Source: Polyangiaceae bacterium
GTDB lineage: Bacteria > Myxococcota_A > Polyangia > Polyangiales > Polyangiaceae
NCBI GenBank assembly: GCA_035063585.1
Contig: JAPSGB010000003.1
Coordinates: forward strand, 320,001 to 384,000
Direction: 5' to 3'
DNA length: 64,000 bases
Shown here one piece after another: positions 51,865 through 63,392 of the stretch. The notes beneath the pieces are model-generated. The model did not search any database and was not told the origin of the DNA. It worked only from the letters and a program-made list of their open reading frames with translations. The stretch's first letter is position 1; every line of letters starts with the position of its first letter. A program made the position numbers and the translations under genes.

Positions 51865-53837
51865 TGCCCAGGCTTCGGGGGCGGGGGCGGGGGGAGCGGG
51901 GCGACCGGGCGCGGCACGGGCGTCGGCAGGCGCAGGAGCCCGGGCGGAGGCGTCGAGATCTCGACGCCGATCCCGCTGGCAGCCGCCCCGGGCACGTCCT
52001 TCACCGCCGCCCAGCCGACCGACTCCGCCGCCTCGGAGCGGCGCGTGTAGCTCTCGAGCGCGATGATGAGCGTGAGCGACTTGGTGAGCGCTTCCTGCTC
52101 GGCCTCGGCGGTCGCGGCGGTTGGGCGCACTCCCACCATCATCGTCCAGGATCGATGTTGATTCAGGACTTGGGCCATGGCGCGGAGCGTCGGCCCGCTC
52201 GCCGGCGCGAGCTCCACCGCGCCTCCCTTCACGGTGAAGCGCGGCGGCTGCCGGAAGCGGATCGAGCGCTCCGGGCCCTTCACCTCGACCTCCACGAGCG
52301 GCCTGGCCGCGCCCGCCCGATCGCTGTCGGGGCAGCCGTCGTCGTCTTCGAAGCCGTTGAAATCCTCCGGCCGATCCGGGCACTCGTCGACCGCGTCGTC
52401 GAAGGTGTCGCCGTCCTGGTCCGGGCTCGGGCAGCCGTTCAACGCCGGGTCGGAGAAGCGCCAGCCACGGACGTTCGGGCAGGCGTCCTCGCCGTCCGGC
52501 ACCCCGTCCTCGTCATTGTCGGGGTCGGGGCACCCGTCCGTGTCCTCGAAGCCGTCCCGGTCCTCGGGTTGGTTCGGACACTTGTCGACGTCATCCATGA
52601 CCCCGTCGCCGTCGCTGTCCTTCACGGGGCAGCCGTTGCGCTTCGGGTTCGCGCTCTTCGGACCCGCCTCGTCCGGGCAGGCGTCCTCGCCGTCCGGCAC
52701 CCCATCCCGATCATTGTCCGGATCGGGGCAGCCGTCGTCGTCCTCGAAGCCGTCCTCGTCCTCCGGCACGGTCGGACACTGGTCGTCGGGGTCGGGCACG
52801 CCGTCGTCGTCGTTGTCGAAGTCGGGGCAGCCGTCCCGGTCCTCGAAGCCGTCCCGGTCCTCGGCGAGCTCCGCGCACTCGTCGAGATCGTCGGCGATGC
52901 CGTCGCCGTCCTGGTCGTAGAAGCGCGGCGCCCACCCGACGCCGAGGACGCCGCGCACGAGCGGTACCCCGACCGCGGAGTCGAGCGGCGCCTCCACGCC
53001 GGCGGTGAGCGCCACGTCCCCGACGCCGTAGCGCGCCGACGCGCCGACCATCGCCGGCGACTGGGCGCCCGACGCGAACCTCGGGGTGATGGCGACCGCG
53101 CCGTGGGTCTCGAGCGTCCACGCCCAGCGCCCTTGGTCGTCGAGGCCGAGCGCGCGGGGATGGAGCGTGACGCCCGCGGCCCACGGCAGCGAGTGCCCGA
53201 AGTCCTCTCCGACGTAGGTCCGCTCGGCGCCGCGCACTCGTGCCCCCGCGCTGGCGCGGACGTCGAGCACGATGAGGCGGAGCTCGCCGAGCAAGCGGAG
53301 CTCGCCGACCGGTGTCCCGTCGGAGGCGTAGCTCGCGCGGTCGCCGATCGGTGCCGAGACGCGGCCGAGCGCCGCCAGCCCGAAGCCGCCGAGCTCGCCT
53401 GGGGGCACCAGGGTGGCCTTGGCGCCGAAGGTGGCGTCGCCGAGCGCGGTCGCCGGCAGCGCGCCGGCGCCGATGGCGGTCGCCGCGTCCCCCGACTGGT
53501 AGAGCACGGTCGGGAGCTGCAGGCCGACCGCGAGCCGATCCCCGATGCCGAGGCCGAGCAGGTAGTCGAGCGAGAGCTGGTTCTCGACCGGGACGGCGAC
53601 CGTGTTGCCCGCGTCGTCGCGGATGACGATCAGGCGATGCTCGTAGGAGAACCACGCGCCGGCGTTCCACGCGCCCGGGCCGGGCGTGCGGCTCGGCTCG
53701 AGATAGAGGGACCCCTCGGGATCGGTCGGCGGGTGAAAATCGCGAAGATCGAGCGACGGCACCGGCTGGGCCCGGGCGAGCCCTGCCAGCAGCACGACGG
53801 ACGACGCGCCCGCCGCGAGCCATCGGCGCATGTGCAT
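51861..53837 (-). CDS. Beta-barrel + thrombospondin type-3 repeat protein with degenerate OmpA-like C-terminus
   Basis: Signal peptide; barrel-like strands; many DxDxDG..D..D.CP repeats; C-terminal domain lacks GHTD and NRRV. Confidence 0.8.
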   Translation of the reverse strand: MHMRRWLAAGASSVVLLAGLARAQPVPSLDLRDFHPPTDPEGSLYLEPSRTPGPGAWNAGAWFSYEHRLIVIRDDAGNTVAVPVENQLSLDYLLGLGIGDRLAVGLQLPTVLYQSGDAATAIGAGALPATALGDATFGAKATLVPPGELGGFGLAALGRVSAPIGDRASYASDGTPVGELRLLGELRLIVLDVRASAGARVRGAERTYVGEDFGHSLPWAAGVTLHPRALGLDDQGRWAWTLETHGAVAITPRFASGAQSPAMVGASARYGVGDVALTAGVEAPLDSAVGVPLVRGVLGVGWAPRFYDQDGDGIADDLDECAELAEDRDGFEDRDGCPDFDNDDDGVPDPDDQCPTVPEDEDGFEDDDGCPDPDNDRDGVPDGEDACPDEAGPKSANPKRNGCPVKDSDGDGVMDDVDKCPNQPEDRDGFEDTDGCPDPDNDEDGVPDGEDACPNVRGWRFSDPALNGCPSPDQDGDTFDDAVDECPDRPEDFNGFEDDDGCPDSDRAGAARPLVEVEVKGPERSIRFRQPPRFTVKGGAVELAPASGPTLRAMAQVLNQHRSWTMMVGVRPTAATAEAEQEALTKSLTLIIALESYTRRSEAAESVGWAAVKDVPGAAASGIGVEISTPPPGLLRLPTPVPRPVAPLPPPPPPKPGQ

Positions 53838-53940
53838 GGAACGAGAGGTTAGTGTGATGGCGCGAGAAGATTGAGAAAAAAATGCTCGCCGCTCGGGGTT
53901 TCTTGCCTGGGCGGCGCGGTCGCCGCATGGTTCGCCCCGC

Positions 53941-55211
<1,271 letters not shown>

Positions 55212-55215
<4 letters not shown>

Positions 55216-55835
55216 GCGCCCCCTTGACCATCGCGATCCCGAAGGGGCGCGTGCTCCGCGCGCTGGCGCCGCTCTTCGAGCGAGCCGGCGTCGATTCCCG
55301 GCCGCTCGCCGCCGACGACCGCAAGCTCATCCGAGAGAGCGAGGGGGGCGCGCTCAGGTTCCTGCTCTTGAAGCCCGATGACGTGCCGACCTACGTCGAG
55401 TACGGCGCGGCCGATCTGGGCGTGAGCGGTCGCGATACCCTGCTCGAGCGTCGCTACGAGCTCTACCAGCCGCTCGATCTCGGCATCGGCAGGTGCCGCA
55501 TGGTGGTCGCCGGGCCGCGCGGCGCGGAGGTCCCACCGGTGCCGCGCGTCGCCACCAAGTATCCGCGCATCGCGCTCGAGCATTTCGCCTCGCGGGGCGT
55601 GCAGGCCGAGGTGATCCTGGTCCAGGGCTCGGTCGAGCTCGCGCCTCTGGTCGGGCTCGCGCACCTCATCGTCGATCTGGTCGAGACGGGCACGACGCTG
55701 CATGAGAACGGGCTCGAGGAGCGCGAGGTGATCTGCGAGGTCTCGAGCGTGCTCATCGCGAACCCTAGCCAGTACAAGCTCCGGCACGCCGAGATCCAGC
55801 CTTTGGTCGCGCGACTGCGCGGCGCCCTCGCGTGA
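55212..55835 (+). CDS. hisG: ATP phosphoribosyltransferase, short form (HisZ-dependent)
   Basis: [46 protein letters not shown]; about 207 aa, no C-terminal regulatory domain. Confidence 0.95.
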
Positions 55836-55912
55836 TTCCGCGCCGCCTCGACCATCAGCCGGTGGTGAGGCAGACTCGCATGCGTGAGGCCATCGAACCC
55901 CCGGAGCGGCTG

Positions 55913-56845
55913 ATGCGGCTTACGCTCGGCGCGCGAGCAGCGGCTTCCCGCGTCTCGCGCGCGGCGGCGCTCGCGCTGGCGCTCGCGGGCTGCTCGGGCG
56001 GCGCGGCCGACGGCAGACCGAGCTTCGACGGCGATGCCGCGAGCGAGGACGGCGGCGCGAGCGGCGACGCGGCGAGCGAGGATGGCGGCCCGACCGAGGA
56101 CGCCGCGAGCGACGCCGCCGACGCGGCGAGCGACGGGGAGGCCGGGTGGACCTGCGATCCCGACGCCGCTCCCTTGCCGAACGAGGGGCTCGTCGAGGCG
56201 CCCGGCGGCGGCGGCTGTCCTCCCGGGATGGCCCGCGTGACGGACTTCTGCATCGATCGCTACGAGGCCTCGCTCGTGCTGATGTCGCCTGCGGGCGGAG
56301 TGACGACCTGGTCCCCGTTCGTGAACCCGGGGGCGGAGCAGGTGCGCGCGGTCTCCATCGCCGGGGCGGTGCCGCAGGCGTACATCGACCAGCCTCGGGC
56401 CGCCGACGCCTGCGCGCGCGCGGGCAAGCGCCTCTGCACCGACGACGAGTGGCTCATGGCCTGCGAGACCGCCGCGGGATACACCTATCCTTACGGCGAG
56501 GTCCGCGAGCCTGGCGTGTGTAACGACGCGCGCGCGGTGCACCCCGCCGAGGAGTACTTCGGCACGACGGACCCGTGGATCTACTCGGAGCTCGATGACG
56601 CCTGCCTGGATCAGCTCCCTGACAGCCTGGACCGGTCGGGCGCGAACCCCGGCTGCGTGACGCCCGAGGGCGTCTACGATCTGATGGGAAACCTGCACGA
56701 GTGGACCGCCGATCCTGCCGGCACCTTCCGCGGAGGGTTCTTCGTGGACACCGTGCGGAACGGAGACGGCTGCCGATATGTGACGACGGCGCACCAAGCG
56801 AACTACTGGGACTACTCGACTGGATTTCGCTGCTGCGCGTCGTGA
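55913..56845 (+). CDS. FGE-sulfatase domain lipoprotein
   Basis: LAGC lipobox; CPPGMA, CIDRYE, GKRLCTDDEW, YDLMGNLHEW, GFRCC. Confidence 0.85.
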   Translation: MRLTLGARAAASRVSRAAALALALAGCSGGAADGRPSFDGDAASEDGGASGDAASEDGGPTEDAASDAADAASDGEAGWTCDPDAAPLPNEGLVEAPGGGGCPPGMARVTDFCIDRYEASLVLMSPAGGVTTWSPFVNPGAEQVRAVSIAGAVPQAYIDQPRAADACARAGKRLCTDDEWLMACETAAGYTYPYGEVREPGVCNDARAVHPAEEYFGTTDPWIYSELDDACLDQLPDSLDRSGANPGCVTPEGVYDLMGNLHEWTADPAGTFRGGFFVDTVRNGDGCRYVTTAHQANYWDYSTGFRCCAS

Positions 56846-56901
56846 GGCGCGGCGCGCGGCCGGCTTGCTCGTCACGGAGGTCGGGCCTATCCTCGTCGCG
56901 C

Positions 56902-58023
56902 ATGGGGTCACGCCTCGCGGCCGCGCTCACGCTCGTGGTCGCCGCCGGCTGCGACCGCGGCGACGTCGCGCCGCCCGGGAGCGCGTCGGCGCCACCAGCG
57001 GCTTCGCTTGCGCCCGTGGCGCGTGCGAGCGCGGCCCCCGCTGCCGGGGGCGCGTCGTCCGCGCCCGCTCCGGTGGCTCCCGCGACCACTTGCAAGGGCG
57101 TCACCCTGGGCAAGTTGGCCTCGCTCACCGCGCGCGGCGGGAGCTTCGCTGGGCTCGCCGCGCGGGCAGGTTCCGTCTATCTGCTCACCGCGCAGCAGGC
57201 CGCCGCGACTGCCACCTTGACCCGCGTCGGTCGCGATGGCCGGAGCGCGACCGTGCTCGGTCGCTCGACGGGGCCGGGCGCGGTCCAGGGCCTCGCGCTA
57301 GACGACCAGGCGGCGTACTTCGTCCACGGCAAGCGGCTCGTGAAGGTCCCGCTCTCGGGCGGCGAGCCCGTCACGCTCCGGACCGGCGTGAAGTGGCCGC
57401 TCGCGTCGAGCGGCGGCGAGGTCCACTACGTCGCGTGCGATCTCGCGCTGAAGGAGGACGCGCTCATGAGCCTCGCGCCCGCGGGCGGCGAGCCGCGGGT
57501 GCGAGCGCGCTGGCCGCGCACCGGGACCAGCAAGGACTGCCACTACGGCGGACTGGCGGTCGCGCCGGTCGAGGCCTTCGTGTCCGACTGGACCTCACGC
57601 ACCGTTCGCGCCATCTCGCTCACCGACGGGAGCGTGCGCGAGCTCGCGACCCAGGTGGCGTTCCCCGGGAGAATCGACGTGGAGCCCGCAGGCGTCGTGT
57701 TCCAGGCGAGCGCGGGGCTCTTTCGCGTGGCGAAGACCGGCGGGGGGGCCGTGAAGCTGAGCGATTACGGCGCCACGCCATTCAACTATCTCGCCTGGGA
57801 CGAGCGCCGCTTCTACATCTTCGACGCGGAAGCTTACGGCGAGCGGCACGTGCTCCATGAGCTGCCGCGAGACGGAGGGGTCTCGAAGGAGATCGAGTGG
57901 TTTCAGGTGCGAGACGTCACGGTGGGCAGCGGCGTCGCGGACCTCGCGGTCGACGACAGCTGCATCTACCTCGCCCGAGACACAGGCGCTTTCGTCGAGC
58001 TTTTCGCGAAGCCGAAGCCGTGA
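56902..58023 (+). CDS. Lipoprotein with probable beta-propeller
   Basis: AAGC lipobox; repeated LA.D...YF...KVP..GG blades. Confidence 0.7.
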   Translation: MGSRLAAALTLVVAAGCDRGDVAPPGSASAPPAASLAPVARASAAPAAGGASSAPAPVAPATTCKGVTLGKLASLTARGGSFAGLAARAGSVYLLTAQQAAATATLTRVGRDGRSATVLGRSTGPGAVQGLALDDQAAYFVHGKRLVKVPLSGGEPVTLRTGVKWPLASSGGEVHYVACDLALKEDALMSLAPAGGEPRVRARWPRTGTSKDCHYGGLAVAPVEAFVSDWTSRTVRAISLTDGSVRELATQVAFPGRIDVEPAGVVFQASAGLFRVAKTGGGAVKLSDYGATPFNYLAWDERRFYIFDAEAYGERHVLHELPRDGGVSKEIEWFQVRDVTVGSGVADLAVDDSCIYLARDTGAFVELFAKPKP

Positions 58024-58032
58024 GAGAGGGTC

Positions 58033-59325
58033 ATGAAGAGCGTACTTTGGAGCATGTCTGGCATGGTCGCCTTCGTCACCGTGCCGGCGCTCGCAGAGCC
58101 GGCGCCGAGCGCGGAGTTCCCGCCCGTGGCGTCTCCCAGCGCGACTCCGTCCGCCGCCGGCGCGCCCGCGCCGCCGCCTTCGAGCGCTCCGCCGGCCCCG
58201 CCCGCGCCACCGCCGCCGCTCGCGCCGGCCGGCGCGGGACCCGACGCCGCCTCGTGGGAGGCCGAGCTCGTGCGCGCGCGCGAGGACATCGTGCGCGGCG
58301 ACTACGCCGGAGCGTCGCGGCGGCTCACGCTCCTGTTCGCGTGGGCGCCGACCCCGGTCGACGAGGCCCGCGCGCGGGAGCTCGCGTACGTCTCGAGCGC
58401 GCTCTTCGCGCGTAGCGGGTCGCCGAAGCTCACGCTCTCGGAGGATCGGACCCGCCGGACCTCCGACGAGATCTCGAGCCTCTACGCCGCGAGCGTCGCC
58501 TATGGGCTTGGCAGCGGCGCATGGCTCGCGTTCCAGACGGAGCCGGGCAGCGCCGCGGGCGCCATCCTGCCCGCGTTCGCGTTCGCCGGCGTGTCCGCCG
58601 GCGCGGTCGCGCTGATCGACTCCGGGACTCCGTTCCGGTACGGCGTTCCGCAGGGAATCATATCCGGCGCCAGCCTCGGTCTCATGGAAGGGCTGACCTG
58701 GACCTTATGGAATCAGGCGCGGACCCACCATCGAGACGAGTGGTCCGAAAAGACGATGGCCACGGTCATCTGGGGTGTGACCACCGTCGGCGCGGGGCTC
58801 GGCGGGCTCGCGGCGTCGAGCGCGCCGACCACGCCGGGCCGCTCCAGTTTCGTCGGCTCCGGTGGGCTCTGGACGGGTCTGGTGAGCGGTCTCGCTGGAG
58901 CTGCGCTTGCGAGCGACGGGCCACAGAGGGACGACACCGCGCTCCTCTCCGCGGCGCTCGGGCTGAACGTGGGTGCCGGTGCCGCGATGCTCGCAGCGTC
59001 GAGGGTGAACCCCAGCGTCTCACGGGTTCGTTACCTCGATCTCGGCGGCGCCGTCGGGATGATCTCGGCGAGCGGGCTGTACCTGTCGGCCGACGACGAC
59101 GTCCGAGACGAGCGCGCCTTCCTCGGTGTCACGGCGGCCGGTTCGGTCGCTGGCCTCGCCGTGGCGTGGCTGCTGACGAGCGGAATGGCCCCGTCGCTTC
59201 CGCCCGATGATCGCGCGTCGCCCGAGCAGCACGCGAGCGACCGGCCGCTCGTCGCGAGTCTCGCGCTCGCGCCGGAACCGTTCGCGGGCGGCGCCGGCTT
59301 GGGCGTCCGCGGTGCGCTGTGGTGA
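58033..59325 (+). CDS. Secreted/membrane glycine-zipper protein (similar to 42720-44120)
   Basis: Signal peptide, Pro-rich linker, multiple Gly-rich hydrophobic helices, ends GVRGALW. Confidence 0.7.
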   Translation: MKSVLWSMSGMVAFVTVPALAEPAPSAEFPPVASPSATPSAAGAPAPPPSSAPPAPPAPPPPLAPAGAGPDAASWEAELVRAREDIVRGDYAGASRRLTLLFAWAPTPVDEARARELAYVSSALFARSGSPKLTLSEDRTRRTSDEISSLYAASVAYGLGSGAWLAFQTEPGSAAGAILPAFAFAGVSAGAVALIDSGTPFRYGVPQGIISGASLGLMEGLTWTLWNQARTHHRDEWSEKTMATVIWGVTTVGAGLGGLAASSAPTTPGRSSFVGSGGLWTGLVSGLAGAALASDGPQRDDTALLSAALGLNVGAGAAMLAASRVNPSVSRVRYLDLGGAVGMISASGLYLSADDDVRDERAFLGVTAAGSVAGLAVAWLLTSGMAPSLPPDDRASPEQHASDRPLVASLALAPEPFAGGAGLGVRGALW

Positions 59326-59420
59326 GCCGGACGCTCCCGCCTTCGTGGGGAGCGAGCCAGGCTGCCTAGGCTGAGCGGGTGGGTCGTTCCGGCGCAAATC
59401 GCGCCGGCGAGCTCGCGGAG

Positions 59421-59807
59421 CTACACCCGTTCGGCGAGCTTGCCCGCGCGGCTCCTCGCCTCGAAGATGACGGGCTCCGCCTCCGCCGCCGTGAAGCCGA
59501 GCCGCTCGATGAGCTTGCCGAGCACCTTCTCCTCGCCCTTCGTCTGCTTGCCGTCGGCGTGCGTGAGGAGCGCGGCGTGCGCCAATAGGAGCGCGCGATC
59601 CTCGCGTTCGAGGTCGTCGAGCGCGAGATCCGCGTCGAGCGTACGCTTCTTCTTCGCGTACTCGAGCAACTCCTGCTCGTCCTCCGCGCTCGCGTCGAAC
59701 GCCCAGAGCAGCCCCTCGATGAGGCCCGCCTCCGGTGCTTTCACGGTACCGTCGGCCCAGGCCACGGCGATGAGCCCCCTCAGGATCGTCTTCTCTCTCG
59801 GTGTCAC
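59421..59807 (-). CDS. TerB-like (tellurite resistance family) protein
   Basis: Two AxADG...E motifs (VAWADG..KAPE; THADG..TKGE); GTG after GGAG. Confidence 0.75.
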   Translation of the reverse strand: MTPREKTILRGLIAVAWADGTVKAPEAGLIEGLLWAFDASAEDEQELLEYAKKKRTLDADLALDDLEREDRALLLAHAALLTHADGKQTKGEEKVLGKLIERLGFTAAEAEPVIFEARSRAGKLAERV

Positions 59808-59863
59808 GCCGCCACTATCTCCCGAGTCGCGTGAGCGGCGCAACCGGCCCCGGAGCGCCTCGG

Positions 59864-60322
59864 TCAGAACGGCTTATAGACCATCAGATAGATGATGATG
59901 ATGATGCCCGTCGTCTCGACCATCGCGAGCACGAGGCCGCGCGGCTTGTCCAGGAGCTCGCCGAGCTTCGCGAGGTCGGGCGGGTCCGCCTCGGCCGCCA
60001 GGCGAACCGCGCGATAGTAGGGGACCGCGAGCGGGATCGCCGCGCCAAACAGCGCGAGCAGGAGCGCGAGCGACACCCAGGGCCAGTACGTGTGCTCCCA
60101 GCCGCGCGCGTAGGTGAGGGCGAGCCCGGCGCCGAGCAGGAGCAGGAACGAGAGGTACATCGCGGTCCGCGTGGTGCGCGACAGCTCGAGGTAGGCGCGG
60201 ACGCGCACCGGGTTCCGCTCGCGCATCAGTCGGAAGGTGACCGCGGCGGTGGCGCCGTGGACACCCACGAAGAGGAACGCGCCGAGCAGGTGAAGGAGCC
60301 TCAAGAAGACGACCCAATCCAT
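59864..60322 (-). CDS. DUF2269-like four-TM membrane protein
   Basis: LHLLGA N-terminal motif and C-terminal LMVYKPF. Confidence 0.7.
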   Translation of the reverse strand: MDWVVFLRLLHLLGAFLFVGVHGATAAVTFRLMRERNPVRVRAYLELSRTTRTAMYLSFLLLLGAGLALTYARGWEHTYWPWVSLALLLALFGAAIPLAVPYYRAVRLAAEADPPDLAKLGELLDKPRGLVLAMVETTGIIIIIYLMVYKPF

Positions 60323-60548
60323 GTCTGCGCGAGCTTAGCGCAGGCCCCGGCGCGCGGCGCAAGACGCCGCCGTCAATCGCCGCGCACTTGACTCGCGATC
60401 AGGCGCATCACGCCTCACGCGGTCGACACGCGCGAGAGCATCGACGAGTCGTCCGTGCCGCCGGTCGCGACGCGCGCGGATCGCGATCCCCGAGCGTCGC
60501 GCCTCGCTCGGCGTCGCCCCGCGCGCCACCTTCTGATAAGATCCCCGC

Positions 60549-61676
60549 GTGCTCACGGGCTCACGGCGCGCCGCGCTCGTCTCCGCGCTGGTTTGGCTCG
60601 CTGCCGCGTGCGGTTCGAGCGAGACGGGCTCGTCCGCCCGCGCGCCGTCGAGCGGTGGCGCGTCGGGCGCCGCGGGCGCCGCTCAGGCGCCGTCGAGCGG
60701 CGGCGCGTCGGGCGCGGCGGGCACCGCTCAGGCGCCATCGAGCGGCGGCGCGTCGGGCGCCGCGGGCGCCGCTCAGGCGCCGTCGAGCGGCGGCGCGTCG
60801 GGCGCGGCGGGCACCGCTCAGGCGCCATCGAGCGGCGGCACGTCGGGCGCCGCGGGAACCGCTCAGGCGCCGTCGAGCGGCGGCGCGTCGGGCGCGGCGG
60901 GCACCGCTCAGGCGCCCGACCCGCTCGCGGTGGACCGGGAGCGCTTGCTCGAGAGCTACCTCGCGTTCTTGAAGACGGAGCCCGCGAAGCGACAGACGAA
61001 CGGCCTCAGCGGCGGGGAGCTCGCGAGCGCGTGTGAGCTCTGGCAAGCTCTCGATCCCTCGGCGCGCGCGACGTTCCTCACCCTCACCGCGCGGATGCAA
61101 GGCTCGCGGCTCGGCGCGGACGGCTCGTCGATGCTCTCGCACGTGACGCGGCTCTACCGCGTGGTCGGCGGCGATGGCGCGACCGCGAAGAGCCCCGGGA
61201 GCTGCGGCGGAGGCGAGAACAACCGCATGCTCATGAGCATGGACGCCGCGCTCCACGACGCCCTCCTCGCGGCCGCCGCGCATCGGGGCGCCGTCCAGCC
61301 GAGCGGCGCGCGCGATCTCTCGGACGTGGTCGCCGCGAGCTTCTGGCGCGAGTCCCGCGATCTCGGAGGCGCGCACGCTCCCTTCGACGCCACCAACGAG
61401 ACGGAGGGCGGCGCGCCGCGCGGGCAGACGCAGTACTTCTCCGCTCTCACCTCGAGCGCCGCCGGCGCGCCGCTCGGGCGCACCGATCTCGAGTCGCTGA
61501 TCGATCCGCTCGCGCTCGAGCTCGATCACGACTACGACTGCTTTCACTCCTCGAACCCGCTCTGCTCGTACACGCTCTATGGTCCGGCCTGCCTGCCCAA
61601 GGCCACCCAGCTCGGGACCGCGATCTACGAAGCGAGCTACGGGAGCTTCGACGCCGGGTTCTCGCCCTGCCCGTGA
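60549..61676 (+). CDS. Lipoprotein with 6x 15-aa repeat linker and unknown C-terminal domain
   Basis: AAAC lipobox; APSSGGASGAAG(A/T)AQ repeats. Confidence 0.75.
   Translation: MLTGSRRAALVSALVWLAAACGSSETGSSARAPSSGGASGAAGAAQAPSSGGASGAAGTAQAPSSGGASGAAGAAQAPSSGGASGAAGTAQAPSSGGTSGAAGTAQAPSSGGASGAAGTAQAPDPLAVDRERLLESYLAFLKTEPAKRQTNGLSGGELASACELWQALDPSARATFLTLTARMQGSRLGADGSSMLSHVTRLYRVVGGDGATAKSPGSCGGGENNRMLMSMDAALHDALLAAAAHRGAVQPSGARDLSDVVAASFWRESRDLGGAHAPFDATNETEGGAPRGQTQYFSALTSSAAGAPLGRTDLESLIDPLALELDHDYDCFHSSNPLCSYTLYGPACLPKATQLGTAIYEASYGSFDAGFSPCP
60642..60911 (+). repeat. Six tandem 45-bp coding repeats
   Basis: GCGCC(G/A)TCGAGCGG...GCTCAG unit with 45-bp period. Confidence 0.9.
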
Positions 61677-62575
61677 GCGCCCGCAGGGTCGGCGCAGCAC
61701 CGGAGGCTCACGAAGTAGTAAGTAAAGTCCGGCGAGTGGCTGGTCGTCACCGGGCGGCAGGCGTTGCGCACGTGCCCCCACGCGCCGCCCTTCAGCGCCG
61801 CGAACACCGCGCGCTCGCGCGGGCGATCGTGATCGGCGAGCGTCCATTCGTCGAAGTTGCCGGTCAGATCATGGACCCCGTAGTCGCTCACGCACCGAGG
61901 CTTCGCGCCGCTCGGCACGCTCTGGTCCAGCCGCGCGAGCTCGGGCTCTCGCACGCTCCGGTCGCTCGAGTAGATCTTCTTCAAGCTCGGCTCGATCCAG
62001 CGGTTGTCGATGTTGCAAATGTCGGCCGAGCGCTCGTATCCCGCGGGGAACGGCTTCTCGTCCGGGCCCTCGCACGCGGCCGTCCATTCGCTCTCGTAGC
62101 AGAGCCGCTTGCCCTCGGCCGCGCAAAGGCCCGAGGCGTCGTAGAAGCTCACCATCACCGGCGGGTGCCCGCCCTTCTGGTTCGGGTACTCGTACTCGTC
62201 GATGCAGAAGTCGAGCGCGACGCGCGAGCCCACGCAGCGCGGCGCTTCCTCTTTGAACTCGTGGCACAAGGTGAGGTGGTTCGGCTTGTCGTAGGAGCTC
62301 TTCAGGCAGGTGCGCTCGACCTCGGTGCAGAAGTCCTTCCGCACGTGGACCATGCCGGGGGGGCAGCTCGGCGCGGCCGGCGTCCGGTCCGGCTCGATGG
62401 GCGCGCCGGAGTCCGCCGCAGGCTCGCTCGCGTCGGGCGCCCGCGTGCGGCTCTCCGCGCGCGACCTCGGCCGATGCGCGCCGGGCGGCGCGTCGGCGCG
62501 GGGCGGCGCTTCCACGCGCGCTCCGCCGCAAGCGCCGAGGAGCGCCGCCGTCGCGATGAACCACCGCTGCCGCAT
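61637..62575 (-). CDS. FGE-sulfatase domain lipoprotein
   Basis: LGAC lipobox; CPPGMV, FCIDEYEYPN, GKRLCYESEW, DLTGNFDEW, KGGAW, LRCC. Confidence 0.85.
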   Translation of the reverse strand: MRQRWFIATAALLGACGGARVEAPPRADAPPGAHRPRSRAESRTRAPDASEPAADSGAPIEPDRTPAAPSCPPGMVHVRKDFCTEVERTCLKSSYDKPNHLTLCHEFKEEAPRCVGSRVALDFCIDEYEYPNQKGGHPPVMVSFYDASGLCAAEGKRLCYESEWTAACEGPDEKPFPAGYERSADICNIDNRWIEPSLKKIYSSDRSVREPELARLDQSVPSGAKPRCVSDYGVHDLTGNFDEWTLADHDRPRERAVFAALKGGAWGHVRNACRPVTTSHSPDFTYYFVSLRCCADPAGAHGQGENPASKLP

Positions 62576-62726
62576 CGCCGGTCGTATAGCAAGGACGATC
62601 GCGCCTCGCTCGACAATCGACGGCGCGCGGCGGCGGGCCCCACCGAGCCCGCGCAGAGAGACGCGCCGGCGACGCCTCGAGCGTGCCCTGCGCGAGGCGC
62701 CGCCGGCGCGATGCGGAGTCGGGCGG

Positions 62727-63392
62727 TCACGACCCGACGTCCTCGCCCTCCTTCGGCGGATCGAGCACGAGGTGGGGCAGCATTCGCTTGAGGCCGCGGG
62801 GTCCGATCCCGCGGACGCGGAGCAAGTCGCTCGCCCGGCGAAAGCGCTTCAGCTTGGCGCGCAGCTCGACGATGCGCTCCGCGCGCTTGCGCCCGACGCC
62901 GGGGAGCTGGGTGAGCTCGTCGACGCTCGCCACGTTGAGGATGACCTTGCCGTCCTTCGTGATGCCGGAGCGGGCCGGCGCCTCCGGAGCGCCCGCCGCG
63001 CCGGCGTCACCCCGCTGCTCGGCGGGCTCGGCGCGCGGCGCCGCCGCGCGCGCCCGCGGCGGCGCGGGGCGCGTCTCGTGCTCCGCCGGCGTGTCCGCGT
63101 GGAGCGCGAGCCAGGCCGAGCCGATGTTCGCGGCGAGCGCGGGCGTCGCGGGGACGCTCACGCCATCGAGCCCGGTGAGGATCGAGACCGCCCCGATCCC
63201 GGCGAGCCCGAGCATGCCAGCGGTGAGCGCGAGCGCGCGGATGACGACCGGCGCCCACACGCTGGCGCGCGCTCGGGCGACGCTGCGCCCGAGCCGGGCG
63301 CCGAGCGAGAGCCCGGCGGGGGAGCTCGCTCTGCGAGCTCCCCCGCCGTCCACGGCCGCCTGGTCCACCGAGGCCATGGACTCCCGGTTCAC
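62727..63392 (-). CDS. comEA: ComEA family membrane-anchored helix-hairpin-helix DNA-binding protein
   Basis: TM segment, Pro/Ala linker, LNVASVDELTQLPGVGRKRAERIVELR...F....DLLRVRGIG. Confidence 0.85.
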   Translation of the reverse strand: MNRESMASVDQAAVDGGGARRASSPAGLSLGARLGRSVARARASVWAPVVIRALALTAGMLGLAGIGAVSILTGLDGVSVPATPALAANIGSAWLALHADTPAEHETRPAPPRARAAAPRAEPAEQRGDAGAAGAPEAPARSGITKDGKVILNVASVDELTQLPGVGRKRAERIVELRAKLKRFRRASDLLRVRGIGPRGLKRMLPHLVLDPPKEGEDVGS

